A DNA stretch of 64,000 bases from Trichoplax adhaerens. Lineage: Eukaryota; Animalia; Placozoa. The notes under the pieces are model-generated. The model had not been told where the DNA came from. It worked only from the letters and a program-made list of their open reading frames with translations, and ran no database searches. The position numbers and the translations under genes are program-made. Of this stretch, positions 46,868-60,344 are shown piece by piece. The first letter of the stretch is position 1. The number at the start of each line of letters is the position of its first letter. Location of the stretch: positions 10,850,878 to 10,914,877 of the forward strand of contig NW_002060943.1 of NCBI RefSeq assembly GCF_000150275.1, given 5' to 3'.

Positions 46868-48171
46868 GCGTCCACACTGTACAAGAATTTAACTAAAAAC
46901 GTTAAGAGAATTACTGCATTATGATTGTTGTTATGTCACTGGTAATAGTAATCTATCGAGTAATATCACTTAAGTTTACAGCTAAAAAAATGTGATTAAT
47001 CATTGTAAACTGTATTTTAAAAATCAATCGCTTACGTGAGAAAATATTAGTCTGCTAAAGACTGATCAAATATTTCGTTTAAAGAGAAAGATAGAGGAAT
47101 GAATATATTTACACATTGTAATAATGATTGCCAAGAAATAAATATTACAGGCGATACAGTATTAATAATAATGGCTAGAATTATTATCGACGAAGATTAC
47201 ACTTGGTGTTACTACAAATAAAATTGAAATAATTTTTTCATTAACACACGATATTATAATTTTTCGAAATAATATAGTGATACAGTTAAGTCGATACAGA
47301 AGTCAGAATCGGAGAAGGAGTCATCTTGTACACACATACAATAGAATAGTAAAGATCTTGTTCAATCCGAAATCGAATTTGCTCACAATATATTATATGA
47401 GCTATTACTTCTAAGCATGATCGTTATATGAATTAATATTCAATGCTACCTCATGCTTATAGTCATATATAACATTCGTAGTCATTTTAAAGATGAGTTG
47501 ATGAACTCTAATTTTTACCGACAATTTCCCAACTGTCGTCGAAGAAAAGATTAAGAATAGCTTTTAATGATTACAATTGTCAGACTATTTGGCAACATAG
47601 TCTAATGATCAGATAGTATACTATCGAGTAACATGCTGTAACAAAGGAAGCATATAAAAACGGAATTGGTATCAATTAAACTTCAAGTCAACAATAATTG
47701 CTTTATCGTATCATGACAGCATTTTTTCTCGCCGTCTACAATAAATCAATTACTAACGCCATTATCAGGCATATATCACGATATTGATTAAATCGATTGA
47801 ATGGTTGATCAAGTATGAAATTTAATGACATACAGTAAGAATAGCTAACAATGTATATGGGCTAACATCGCTAAGCGCTGCTGGTTAATATTGAGATGGC
47901 GTAGTAATTTGACAACCGCTATTCAAAAAATATATTTTACTAAGTTATAGTTGAAGGCACTACTTTCAAATAATAAGTTAACTTTAGTCAGTATTAGTAT
48001 GTTTTGTGATCATTAACTTCATCTTAACACCTCAATAATGGTATAACGTTTTTAAGCTCGACTAAAAATTAATTGATGAATAACATCTGGCTAACTTAAA
48101 GTTACTAGAATCATATTAAATTAGCTACCAATTCGGTTAAAAGTTACTCACAGTTAATATTTGAACGTCGA

Positions 48172-49074
48172 TCACGATCGTTTAGCAAATTTAGACTTAT
48201 GCTTAGGAATTTTAGGATCATAGACTGCATTTTCCATATCTATATTCGGCTCATAGCCGATCTTTTTTTTGATTTTATAATTTGTATTGGTCATTTTTCG
48301 ATCTTGATTTGGTATGATAGGCTTTATATCATGTTCACCAGTAGTACCTAATGAAAAACGTCTAAATTTATGGGTATGATTTGATTTTCCAATCGATTTA
48401 CCTTGATGAGTTGAGGATAAATCTCGATAACTATCAACAATTTGTGATATAGTTTTGTGTGCGTCAGAGGAACGACGATGATTAATAGTTTGACCAGTTG
48501 TTGGATGAGTAAAAGTATGCTGATGCGGTGATGATAGCCTATCAGTCGTTTGTAACTGCTTGATTGAAGGCGGTGTTTTTGGTGAAGATGGAGCCGACAT
48601 ACTTCCTGTATCAAATATACTAGGTAGTGAGTTATGATGACCGCGTCTTCTTCTACACCCTTGCTTTAGTAAAGCGTCGTCGATGAGAACAGAATTAGTT
48701 GTTGGTATATTATGTAATGACCTTGATGTAGGCAATCTATTCTTATGTTCTGGAAAGTCATCGTCGAAAGAAAATAGTGACGTCTCGCTAGATTTAAGAT
48801 TGCGCCTTCGTTTGGGTGTTGTTGGTGCACTTTTGCTCTCAAATCCATCTAAAGATATATCAGAATTACCACTTATACTGACTTTATCTAGTGATGCTTG
48901 AAGGGATGAAATTGATTTCGACATGTTGCGAATGGCTTTATCTTCCGATTTAGCTATACGATCTAGAACGGATGTTAATCGTTCTTTCTCTCGTTTATTG
49001 GCATTACATGATCGTCCAATAGTTTTACCTGGTGGATGAAGACTAAATAAAGTTGCAGGTGAACTAGGTAACAT
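48172..49074 (-). CDS. Uncharacterised intronless 300-aa protein: short N-terminal coiled coil plus Ser/Pro/Thr/basic disordered region
   Basis: 903-bp ATG-initiated ORF in very AT-rich DNA. Amphipathic segment ANKREKERLTSVLDRIAKSEDKAIRNMSKSISSLQASL. Many RRxS and SP/TP motifs. Confidence 0.75.
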   Translation of the reverse strand: MLPSSPATLFSLHPPGKTIGRSCNANKREKERLTSVLDRIAKSEDKAIRNMSKSISSLQASLDKVSISGNSDISLDGFESKSAPTTPKRRRNLKSSETSLFSFDDDFPEHKNRLPTSRSLHNIPTTNSVLIDDALLKQGCRRRRGHHNSLPSIFDTGSMSAPSSPKTPPSIKQLQTTDRLSSPHQHTFTHPTTGQTINHRRSSDAHKTISQIVDSYRDLSSTHQGKSIGKSNHTHKFRRFSLGTTGEHDIKPIIPNQDRKMTNTNYKIKKKIGYEPNIDMENAVYDPKIPKHKSKFAKRS

Positions 49075-50751
49075 GGCTAATTGAAGTTAAAAGGAGCAAG
49101 AATAATAGTATAATTACAATGAAGAGCTGAAATTGGCAACCAATTTCTTTTTGATCTATATCAGGTTATATCGCGAAAAGTGATGAATAGAATTAACTTT
49201 TTTGAAAGAAAAGATTATCATAAAGATTCTATTTCTACCTTAGATCAAAATTTAAAAGGAAAAGAAAATATCTAATGATCAAACTTCGTAATGAATATCG
49301 TGATAATTTTTATAGTGTATATTAATCAACATTAGAAACGCTCTAGTCCATTATTAAATATGAATCCATAGCCATTATATCGTATCAATTGAATTGCAAT
49401 AAAATTGTATCATTTCCTTTCCAGTCCGATTTTCTCAATGTCGCCAACCTTTTCTCTGTGTCTGTTGCAATCAGTATTCATCGCAGGGTAGCGACAAGAA
49501 AATAGTATGTCATTCTGTCACTGCTAATAAGCTAGTTAAACTCAGTTGTAAGCAATTTTAACGATACAGTCTTAATAAGGAACAACAAAGTACATCGCTA
49601 AATGACTGTAGCGAAAATAACTAGACTAAAGCTATTTCAATAATACTACAATAGGCTTTTTATTAATCATTTTCTTGTTATTTAAATTGCTACTCCTAAA
49701 AGAATTGATACTGGGCAATTATCATAAACAATTGTGATGCAATTATGTTCCAATCTATTATGTTCTCATCTGGTCTGTAGTACAGTATACGTATACTGGC
49801 AGTGCGTTACGTATGATATGGTAAAGGAAGCGAAATGAGAGATTATCCATATACGAATAGGTTACAAATATATTATACATTCATATTATACTATGGCGAT
49901 CGTACTCTAACTTTTCTAAGTTATAATTAAAATTACTTCTGAATAGTTATATTCACTGCTCTGGCCATTCTTTTTACTTCGTTTTATAATACACGAGACT
50001 AGCAACATTAATTAATTCTTACTTCATACTCCAAATATATTGTGTTGTGTCTATCAATTGTTTGACTATGTCGTCTATAAATAAATACGAGTATGCATAA
50101 ATATAAACGAATAATATCAATGATATGAATCTCAAGTCTCCAGACAAAAGTGATACTTTTATTCATAAACGGCACGGACTGAGCTCTAAAAAGTTGAGCA
50201 TTTCTGTCCAATAAATAATAGAGATCCAAATTAATAATTGTCTTAGCTGCAAATTATCACAGTACCTACACAGTGATAAAATAGTGAAATCAATAAATCT
50301 GGCGATGGGAATACTTCATGATGTTTGATAAATTCTTAACAAATCATAATTGGTTTTACCAACTCTTACCACATTGATGTAGCATAAAATAAAATCTATA
50401 ATACAATATAGTGTAGTTGTTGAAATGGCTTAAGTGATCATATAACACTCTAGTTTGAGGTAGCACGTGTAGTATATTCTGAAGTACTTGAACACATTTT
50501 GATGTAGGGCAGTAAAATAGAGTATATATAGTGCAATTTACATTAATATAAAAATTTACAGCATCTGTTTTGAAGTAAAGCTCTTATATTTAAAGATGCA
50601 GGAATTTACAATACTTTCATAAATTTTAATTCATAATTAAAAGTATTTTTAAACGTGTTGTGATTTTGTAATGTAATATCTTATTTCATACAAAAGATTC
50701 ATAACTTTAAAGGAAAGATGCAACAATTGTGCTCAATAAAATAAAGGCAAT

Positions 50752-53700
50752 TTAAATTACGGAATGGTAAACTGTCCTTTTTCCTTCTTTCTTAGNNNNN
50801 NNNNNNNNNNNNNNNNNNNNNNNNNNNNNNNNNNNNNNNNNNNNNGTGACATACCACTAAAAGTCTCTCTGTAGTGACCACTACTGCAAACTGACGTACT
50901 TCTTTCCCAACATGGATATATGGGCCACATTCTCCCGTAATCCTTTCAAGTCGTAATTATTCGAAATCGAGTTATCAGTATAAGATTGCGTAGAGATGAA
51001 TATTATAATTACGACCCGTTAAATAAAATTTCGCTACCATCCGTATGTGCACACACATTGAAGAGGTTGGTCAAAACTTAGATAACATATTTAATTGCTG
51101 TAATATAAAATCTACATAAAACTTACGCCTCTACGAATATCTTCCATACTGACATAATTTTTATATCTAGCTTCATCTGCCGCGCTGAAAATGAAATAAT
51201 GTGATTGTAAGAAAACAAGACTTATTGGAGTGTAATTTTTAAAGCCATGAAAAATCATTTCTAAAGTAGCCTTCAATCACGGTACCTAGTAGCAACTGCA
51301 AATAATTCTGGACCAGCTACGCCTTTACCGAGTGAAAATATACTTTCGCTGCTGCTGCTATTACTATTACATTGCGTTCCATTCGGTGAATGTCTATAAT
51401 CCCGATTCCTATAGTAATCGCCACCACTTGCTAACGATAACGAACTTCCAGAATAATTACTGTATTGACTACCACTGATGTTACTTCCTAAAAATAAGTA
51501 CAATACGGGTTATGTAGTTATAAGTATCGTAGATAGCAAAGCCAACAATATACGTTTATACCTATACTTTCACTTAAGCCTGAGCCAATGATGCCATAAT
51601 TTCCTCCATGAGCGTATTTACGATAATTTATATCACGGTGATCTACATTCCTCGCTATTTCGTAATGTCGATTACCCCACGCAGATTGATTACTATGAAC
51701 TAAAAAATACTTAATTAAGATAAAAGTGTGAACCTTGATTCAAAAATTTTTGAAATTTAATTTATTGATAAAAGTACCTGTGCGAACATGCCTTGTACGT
51801 TCATCATTTTCTCTTCTAGAAAGAAATGCGATTACATTTTGTATGTCTGAGTCTGATGGAAGGTTTGATGCAATACCTTCTGGGTTCACTAGATAAGAAA
51901 TACTTTAATAAATTTTATCGCGTAATGATTACAAGTTACAAAGAATCTTTGATATCGCTGGGTTAAATTTTGACTTACTATTTTCCATTTCATCGGCAGT
52001 AGGGATATCAATAAAGGAAGTGGCTTCAAACCATCCACCAGGAACGTCTTCTACCTCTTCTGTAGCCTATGTACGTTGAAAAGAAAAATTCATAATTTAC
52101 TTTAAATCAGAATAATCGTCTAGTGTAAGAAATATCTATATTTACAATTCACATGTCTCTCAAGTTAACTAATTATTACACACACCACGTATTCATGATC
52201 AGGTCCATAAGCATCATAGTCGTCTCCGTCACTGATCGATTCTAAAGGCATGATATTATTACTTGATTGAAAACTTAATGAATTATCCTTAGATGAATTA
52301 ATTTCTGGCTTTGATTTCCAAGTGTTAGGCGAACCGTGAATCGAGTGACTTCTTCGACCTTTCAATTGAAAGTTACAGGAGTCAAAATATTATAAACTTA
52401 ACCCTTAATGGATCACTTCGTATTGCCATAAAGACGATATCTTGATCTGCAATATGAATGGATGAAATTAAAAGAGTACAATACCTGGTTGGTATGATTC
52501 ATCCCTATTCCATTGCGTTCGATTATTAGGGAAAGAATTTCTTTTGGCTTGATCATCTTCCATTGCGGCTGCAAAGGCATCACTCTCCAGAATTGTAGGA
52601 GATTCGATCGTTGGCAAAGGATCTCTCGATGTTTTTAACATACCGCTACCTTTACTTTTAGATTTTTTACTAGAGAAAAGCTTAAAAGGTTTACGCTTTT
52701 GCTTATCAGATTTGTAGTGCGTCGGTGTTATCATTGAGGGTGGAGATTCCAATCGTTTTTGAAGAGTGACATACGGTAGCTGTTGAGACCTAGTGGAATA
52801 TATAAAGATATCAGTTAGACCCGGTAAGACTTTACCAGTCAAAGTACAGAAATTATGACTCATAACAATAGTATATATTTTATGCATAATCTATATTTTA
52901 GCTTACCGGCCGGCAATAAAATCTTTGATATTGAAAAAAGCAATGTACGTTGCATCTACCACACCAAAGTGATCACAAGGGTCTATATCACGACATAAAA
53001 GGCCAAACGTAGCAGAATCTTCAACAAGCCACCTAGTGTTCCAATCAAGTAAGGCATATCGTATTTAAGCGATTGACAGTGTTAAATATTTTTACAGACT
53101 GATAACAATACAATTGTGAAATTATACCATGATGAAGGAACAGCAACAATGAGGTTATCCCCGTTCGCCATTATCTGAGCTGGATGAGTATCTTTAGAAT
53201 CACTACTCTGCTTGACCATAACCTTATTAGGAGAATTTTATGCTCATATAAGTGCAATACAAGAAAATATAGATTACTGATATCATATGAAAGACTGGGA
53301 TAATTTTTATGGTGATCCAGTTATTAATGTAGTCTGCGTGTAGAAAGGCAAGAAACATACCAGATTAGACTTCCCAAAAACTAGTTGGACAGCAATTTTA
53401 GACGAATAATTAGCGACGGAGCGAGAAATCTGATGCAATACGCTGATAGCAAGATCCTTTTGTAGATCAGCTGATATATGTAATCGGTTATGATAGGTTG
53501 TGGCCGATATCAATTTCATTACGGCTTTCTATATAAATAAAAATAGAGTCTAGTACTCCCACTCTTACTTTTATAGTTATATATTTACAATCTTAGGAAA
53601 TATTGGTAAAAGATGTTAACGTGTACGAATGTAAAATACAAACCAATTTAGTATCAACATTTTCTTGCACATTATCAGTATCGGCTCTGTAATTCTCGCT

Positions 53701-55529
53701 AGTAGAAAGTTTCTCACCTACATATAAGTATGATCATACACTGTGAATAGCTAGTGCAAATTCGACTAGTTCTAAATAATGATAGTAATGATGTCTTGCA
53801 GTAAAGCTATGTATATATATAACATATATATATATATGTAAGATAAAAAAGATTAATATTTTTATGGTTGCACAAAACAGCAATAATTCGGTCATAAAGT
53901 ACATTACTCCAAGTAAGTGCAAACCTATTTTTATAGCAATCTGAGGTATATCACGGTTGATTTGCTCCATGACATCTTGTATTGTCATGGTACTGCTATA
54001 TTCACAAGGTTTCCGGGCCTCATAGGAGCTACAACAATCCTATTCAAAATCAAAGAAACGACTTTCAATATAATGTGCTACCTTTGAAAAGATTGTTCGA
54101 CACAATTGTAATATTCAATCACATACAACCTTAAGAGCATCACGTAATCCATCAGGGTTTAAATGGAAAGCTGCTACAACTTCATAGTTATCGTTAAAAG
54201 AGTCAAGTCTTTGTCGATATAGCTGCGAATAGTTGTTAAAATTGATTGTAAGTCTGACTATTGTTAGAATGTTGTCCTTTATCCTCAACGTACAACATGC
54301 AGTAAGACATGTATTTGCAATTATTTATTCACGAAATAATAACAGTAACATCTATCCATGTACGCGTTGTAATAATAGTATTATATTTCAATATACCTTG
54401 AGTAAGTTATCTAATTTTTGACTCAATTCCTCGCTCTTCTCCGCAGTTAATTCTCCTCCGCTTAATCCTCCGGATAAGTACTCCAGATCGTTGATGTTTA
54501 ATCCATATCCGTTGCGCAAGTTGCTAGTTAGCTACAATATACATTTTAAAAATACTCTTTATTATAATGTGAGATTACTCTTGCTACTATTTTACTATAT
54601 TGCGTACAGTATAGCAACTAGTCGTGAGAAAGTAGATAGCTAGTGATATCGCAATATTGAACTGGTCCTACGATAAAAATTTTAAAGACGATGAGAGGCT
54701 GATTTCACCTTAATGACGTTAAACCATTCCTTGGTAGCATCTTTTACAGCAGTTGATAGAACGCTACTTCTAATAATTTCCCCAACCGAATCATGATTAT
54801 CTAACGCTTTGTGGGCTTTGGCAGTAGTCTGAAATGCTTTTGACTCGATATCGATTAATGAGAGGAAAGCTGCTCCAAGTTTCTATCGGGGATCAATCAA
54901 CATAAAAGCGATATGAATGGCAATCAATACAATGAATTAGTTGGTCATCTATAATCGCATCAAATAATTGAAGAAGTTAATGTTATTCTAACTTGAACAC
55001 GGTATTCTAGCATACTACTCATAATGCTAGCCAATTTATTATCTTCCATAGCAAATTCCTTGGAGGCTGACTGTAGTTTCACTTGGGTCATTTGATATCG
55101 ATTGGATCCATCACCACTATTTTCGCATTTCTGTAATTTTTCACGATAATTTTCATACGTTTCAAAGCTCTTTTTATGTGCATCAATTGCTTTCTTAGCT
55201 GTTGGGAAAAGGGAATTAAATTGATCTACTGTAGCAACAACATTTTGTGATAGTCTGACAACACATTTGTCAACGACTTCTTTAATTTCATTCATTGTGT
55301 TGGTATGTTTAAAAGTAGCTTCCCATAATGGTGTTTCTTTAAAAACTGACGTAAAAGCTTCGGCTAGGAGTAGTCCAGCGTTGCTCATCTTTGTTAATAT
55401 TTGCGAATAAGAAGTTAATGCTTGCTGTAAATTTAATACATCACCCTCTAAATTCTCGACTTGAGCTAGTAGTCCACTATGGTAGTCTAATTTACCCATG
55501 CTTTTAGTACGTCGCTTTATTGAAGCCAT
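50752..55529 (-). CDS. Multi-exon protein with an N-terminal BAR-like helical domain, an unidentified central domain and a long disordered C-terminus
   Basis: Exon 1 (55529-54993) is BAR-like (QVENLEGDVLNLQQALTSYSQIL...LLAEAF...VDQFNSLFPTAKKAIDAHKKSFETYENYREKLQK...QVKLQSASKEF). About 16 further phase-compatible GT-AG exons follow down to about 50855. The 3' end crosses the N gap, so the stop near 50752-50759 is uncertain. Confidence 0.8.
50796..50845. other. Assembly gap (50 N)
   Basis: Run of N. Confidence 1.
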
Positions 55530-55621
55530 GAATTTCCCTTTACACCTTTTCAACCGATTGAACTATCGATAATAATAATAATATATGAGAATAAATGCTG
55601 AGATCGAAAACGTTTGCCCGG

Positions 55622-55933
55622 TCACAGTACCGTACTGGACTGGACATACAGTACAGTAATAGTACTGTACTGTACTGTGCTGTATTACTGATTACAGGCT
55701 CGTAGCATAGTGTACAGTACAGTACATGTACTGTAATTGTAGGAATTTGCGTCGAGTACTGTACTGTACAGTACAATACAGCGGTACTGAGTACGGAACG
55801 GAATGAGAGTGCGCAGTTACTTACAGACGACATCCAGGACTGTACTGTACTGCCATCCAGCAAACTTGAATTCGTCGGGAACTTCTAGAAGCTACAGTAC
55901 TGTACAGTACTGTACACTATACACTGTACTGTA
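55622..55933. promoter_or_regulatory. CAGTA/TACTG array in the divergent promoter between the BAR gene and ECH1
   Basis: Multiple runs such as agtactgtactgtactgtg, gtgtacagtacagtacatgtactgta and ctacagtactgtacagtactgtacac. Confidence 0.7.
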
Positions 55934-56909
55934 GGTAAACTTCCCATGACCTCCACGGACTTCGGAGTCAAGGGTGGATCCGAAATACGGTACAGTAGGA
56001 AACTTACGTATGAGGATAGAGTTAAGCTGCAAAAACAATTTCTCTCTATTTCATCTTTGGCTCAAGCGAATATCCATTTCCGAATCGTGCTATCGCGGTA
56101 GGAGTTCAATTAATGAATTCAATTCAAGGCAGACTTACTCAAATAATAACAGAGGTAAATGCAGATAAGATTAATCTTTTCCTGTTATGCGATCATGGTC
56201 ATACAGGATACTGCAGTGGACTGCAATAATAAATTAAAAATACTGTACTTGGACAGTGCTCTACTTGCCAGTGCAATCAAGTTTGGGAAGCAGAAAGGAA
56301 TTTATTACGCGTAATTTACGCCTGCTTCTGCTGATGAAAACTTAATTGAAGGACGCCTATGAGACACCAGCTACAACGAGTTACGCACGATGAGCCTTCG
56401 TTTGCAATCATTGCAATACAGTACACGTAAAAGCAAGATAACCTGTAGCGAGTGCGTGCTAGCTCATTCGCTGCATAGACATAATTCACTATTCCCATAT
56501 CCTACTTCATGCAATTATACAGAATACGAGTATATGCCATCGAATACGTCTCTACATATTAAGACTGCATTAGATTGCCACCAGATACACTTACTGTAGA
56601 GTACTTGAAAACTGTAAAATTTCTTAAATTAAAAGAACTCATACTGTCTTTAAGATAGTACTGAAGTTAATAACGAACATTCGTTTTCGTAACCATCTGC
56701 TAGATGTCCGTAAAATAGGACTCTATGCTTATATGCGAGTATTCTTCCATTACGATTGTCCTCACATGAGACTGTCACCTATCAATGTTATGTATAGTTA
56801 TGTGCGGATAGTAAGATAAGCGTATGCTCTTTTTTTCTATTTCAGATCTCCTCCGCTACACTGATTAATCAGAACATTTTCATTTATTACAATAATCAAC
56901 TTTAAAGAC

Positions 56910-58952
56910 ATGGCACAATCTTACAGTTTTGATACTCTACGTGTAAATCAGCCATCTGAGTTTGTCTTCCATGTGCAGTTAAACAGACCACAGAAACGGA
57001 ATGCTGTAAACAGACAGTTGAGACGGTACATGATCTATGATACGTACTTTGATATGCTTTAGATTATACCATATATGAAATCCACGACTAATTTAATCAA
57101 TCCTATACAGCGGTACGGTTTAATGTCATTTTTTCTCTTTAGGGACTTGAAAAGCTGCTTTGACCAATTAGCTACTGATCCTAATTGCAGAGCAGTCGTA
57201 ATTTCAGGAGCGGGCAAAATGTTTACTTCAGGTACTACATGTAGTCATATACAATTAAGTATTGCACAGTAATAATACTGGTAAAACCGAATATGTATTA
57301 AATTTCTTATGCCCAGTAACTATATGCTATAATAGTGGATCGATAGAAGTTGTGAATAGAATATTAAATTGACCATTGCACTAATTAATCTTGCAGGTAT
57401 TGACCTTGCCGATCTTAACGTCTTGCCTGATCGTAACCTTGATGCTGCTAGGATGGGTTTAAGACTTCATCAGAATATCAAGGATTTTCAAGATGTTTTT
57501 ACGGCTATGGAGAAGGTACCACTTCAATACTATAATCTAAGCGTTTTAACATGCACCATATAAGAATATATGCTAGTATGATACGTTTCATGTGGGTGTC
57601 AGAGTACTTAATATTAAGAGAGCTCAATTGCACTAGACCAAAAGAGTTTTATTATGCTTGAATGATCTTATTGCCTTTGACGGTTTTGATTGTAAATAAC
57701 ATTGCAACAGTGTCCAAAACCTATAATTGCTGCAGTACATGGTGCCTGTGTTGGCGCTGGTAAGACGGAGATATGAGTTTGTTTAGCTACCTCTTGCAAA
57801 ATAAGGATAATTATGCACTAAATCTAGTCATTTCCATGCTTAATAATATTTATTGCTCAGGGTTTAATAAACGCGGCTCTACTTATCTTCACTTTATAGG
57901 GATTGATTTAATTTCTAGTTGCGATATCCGACTTTGTAGTAAAGATACTTATTTCTCTGTTAAGGTAAGATTGATAATTCCCGTAGACTATATCGATTAT
58001 TATTATTTACAGTCAATAGATTTATTTGTACGCGTGTAACAGTTCTAAAGCATAAGTTCTATAATCTTTCAGACGTTACCTAGATTTATCGTAGTTCTAT
58101 GCAGGATACAAAAAAATTACAATATAACCGAAATGATTAATGAATGCTCTTATACTTCAATGCACGTATTTACTTGTGCATATTCCTATAACAGGAAGTC
58201 GATGTTGGGCTTGCGGCCGATGTAGGAACTTTACAACGCCTCCCCAAAATTATCGGAAACAATAGGTAAGTTATGTTTGCAATTTTAAATGTCGGTGAAT
58301 TTTTTATGTGCGATGTGATTAATTTTGTATTGTCAATTAAATACTGCAGTATAGTTCGAGAATTAGCGTTTACGGCTCGAAATTTTTCATCTGATGAAGC
58401 AAAGGATATCGGCCTTGTTAGGTAGAACGCTTTATCCCCGTATTGTATAAAATTGTAATCTTATCTTAGTGTTACCCATAAGTAATGGCATATAATACGG
58501 TAAATAATAATGCTTTAGGTGCTTGTTTTAATGAGTAGCCAGCTTCATGCCGATAAATGAAGGGACTTGCTCGTTGGTTGTATATTAATGATTTTTTTCT
58601 TTTATACATAATAACTGTAGCAATGTGCATGCCGATAATAATACGGTCCTCCAAGCAGCGTTAAAGATGGCTTCATTGATTGCCGCTAAAAGTCCAATAG
58701 CTGTTCTATCCTCGAAAGTTAGCCTTAACTATTCTCGGGATCACACAGTAGATGAAGGTTTAGAGCACATTGTAAGGAGATACACCTACACGCTTGGCTG
58801 ATTTGAAATTTTTCAGCTGATTAATTATTTATCTAATGCATTCCTGTTGAAAATAGGCAGCGTGGAACATGTGTATGTTACAATCGGAAGACATGGGGAA
58901 AATTTTTAAGTCTTTTCAGACAAAGGCGCGACCTGTATTCAGTAAATTGTAG
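56910..58952 (+). CDS. ECH1: Delta(3,5)-Delta(2,4)-dienoyl-CoA isomerase (crotonase fold) with PTS1
   Basis: VQLNRPQKRNA, CRAVVISGAGKMFTSGIDL, CPKPIIAAVHGACVGAGIDLISSCDIR, KEVDVGLAADVGTLQRLPKIIGN, KSPIAV, LNYSRDHTVDEGL and WNMCMLQSED, ending PVFSKL*. Confidence 0.96.
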
Positions 58953-60297
58953 ATTGTACTGCTCTGCTCTTTACGCTGGTTTTCGGATAGTAATAACAGG
59001 AAATCGTACCTTGGAGAATCTGTATAACTATCCGATTACATTATTATCATCATACGGTAATATTGTTCAACCTTTGCTGCATTTACCGCATATTGGGCGA
59101 TAGCCTTAGCAAAATTAATGAATGACCTGCTTTATGTATATATAAAGTAGTAGGGTAGTTTGCGTAGTTAACAATTGCATCATTATTTGTAGTACATCCA
59201 GTAAGAAATGCATAACCAAGTTATATAAGCTTTAAAAACATTATGTTACGAAGGAAGATATTATAATACGAATAGACCATATAATTTGTTATAAATGAAC
59301 TTACTAATTAAATTTGTACTTTGCCAAAAACTGTCGTTAATTCATATTTTAATTGCAAACACTTCCTTACGTTTAATAAAGTCTTTCCTATTGCTAGCTC
59401 ATTCAGTCAAAGATACTGTAAAATATGATTAATCAGACATTTTTATCGTCAATACTTACTTTATTGATCTGATATACCTACGTACGAAACATAATGCAGG
59501 TGTCCATACGGTGAAGATCATCCAATATCGTGTTAATGATTGCTTTCCTGCATTAACCATTTAGTGGCTCCCTATATCATAAGATATATCGATACGCTAT
59601 TTACATACTTGGCCGCTACAGAACGCAATAACTGCATCACATTAATTAAATAGATATTGATTGTGTGCGGATTTTCTGTAGGGAGACCTATAATAGATTG
59701 CTTATTTGTCGCAAGTTCAATACGTTGGTCATTACTAATTTTTTAGTAGCCCACTTAAAACAGTATTGTAAGGTACTGTGTTTCTCTTTTCACTTCTGCA
59801 TTGGCACCAACAATTGGAGATGATATTGTGTGCTTGCTTAGTTTCTTAAATTGATTTATTTCATTGGAAGTACAGTACTAGAGATTTTTTTTCATTGCAT
59901 ATTACTTTCGTATAATAACTCACTGGTTTCACCGAGTTTTGCACCTTTCAATTTCTTTCAAGAGCTCTAATTTAACTTGGATAGGCACCAATATTGATGA
60001 AAGCCTGTTTACTACCACAGTGTTTCGTCAAGACTTGGTTCGTGTGTTTACTACATGAACGTCATTCTCGACAGACTGACAGACATCGCTACGGATGACA
60101 CGATGGACCTGATTTATCCGCGAAAATTAAAAAATACACGATTTGACCTGATATCTGCAACGGTCTGTGTAGATTGTATTCTACCGTCGGACTTGTTCAA
60201 ATTATAAAGGAAAAGTATAAATCGTTGAGTAGTCTTTGATACAGTATCGTACCAAATGCAAAATCTCCAGTCGAAACCCCACAAGTTGCCTTTACCG

Positions 60298-60344
60298 GTG
60301 TACAGTACAGTACTGTACTGTAGTCTACAGTATACAGTACAGTA
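60298..60344. promoter_or_regulatory. CAGTA/TACTG array upstream of the SF3B3 non-coding first exon
   Basis: gtgtacagtacagtactgtactgtagtctacagtatacagtacagta, followed by a CpG-richer stretch and a donor AG|GTAATA at 60583. Confidence 0.65.

Noticed and set aside
52392-52446. Candidate extra exon in the BAR gene
   Set aside because: Including it breaks the frame; the flanking exons join directly in phase 1.
55877-55892. Heat-shock element GGAACTTCTAGAAG
   Set aside because: Spacing between the first GAA and TTC is off by one; only two proper nGAAn units.
55974-56168. Upstream ORF as the ECH1 mitochondrial targeting exon
   Set aside because: Its donors are phase 1 and give stops with both candidate acceptors before the ECH1 ATG.
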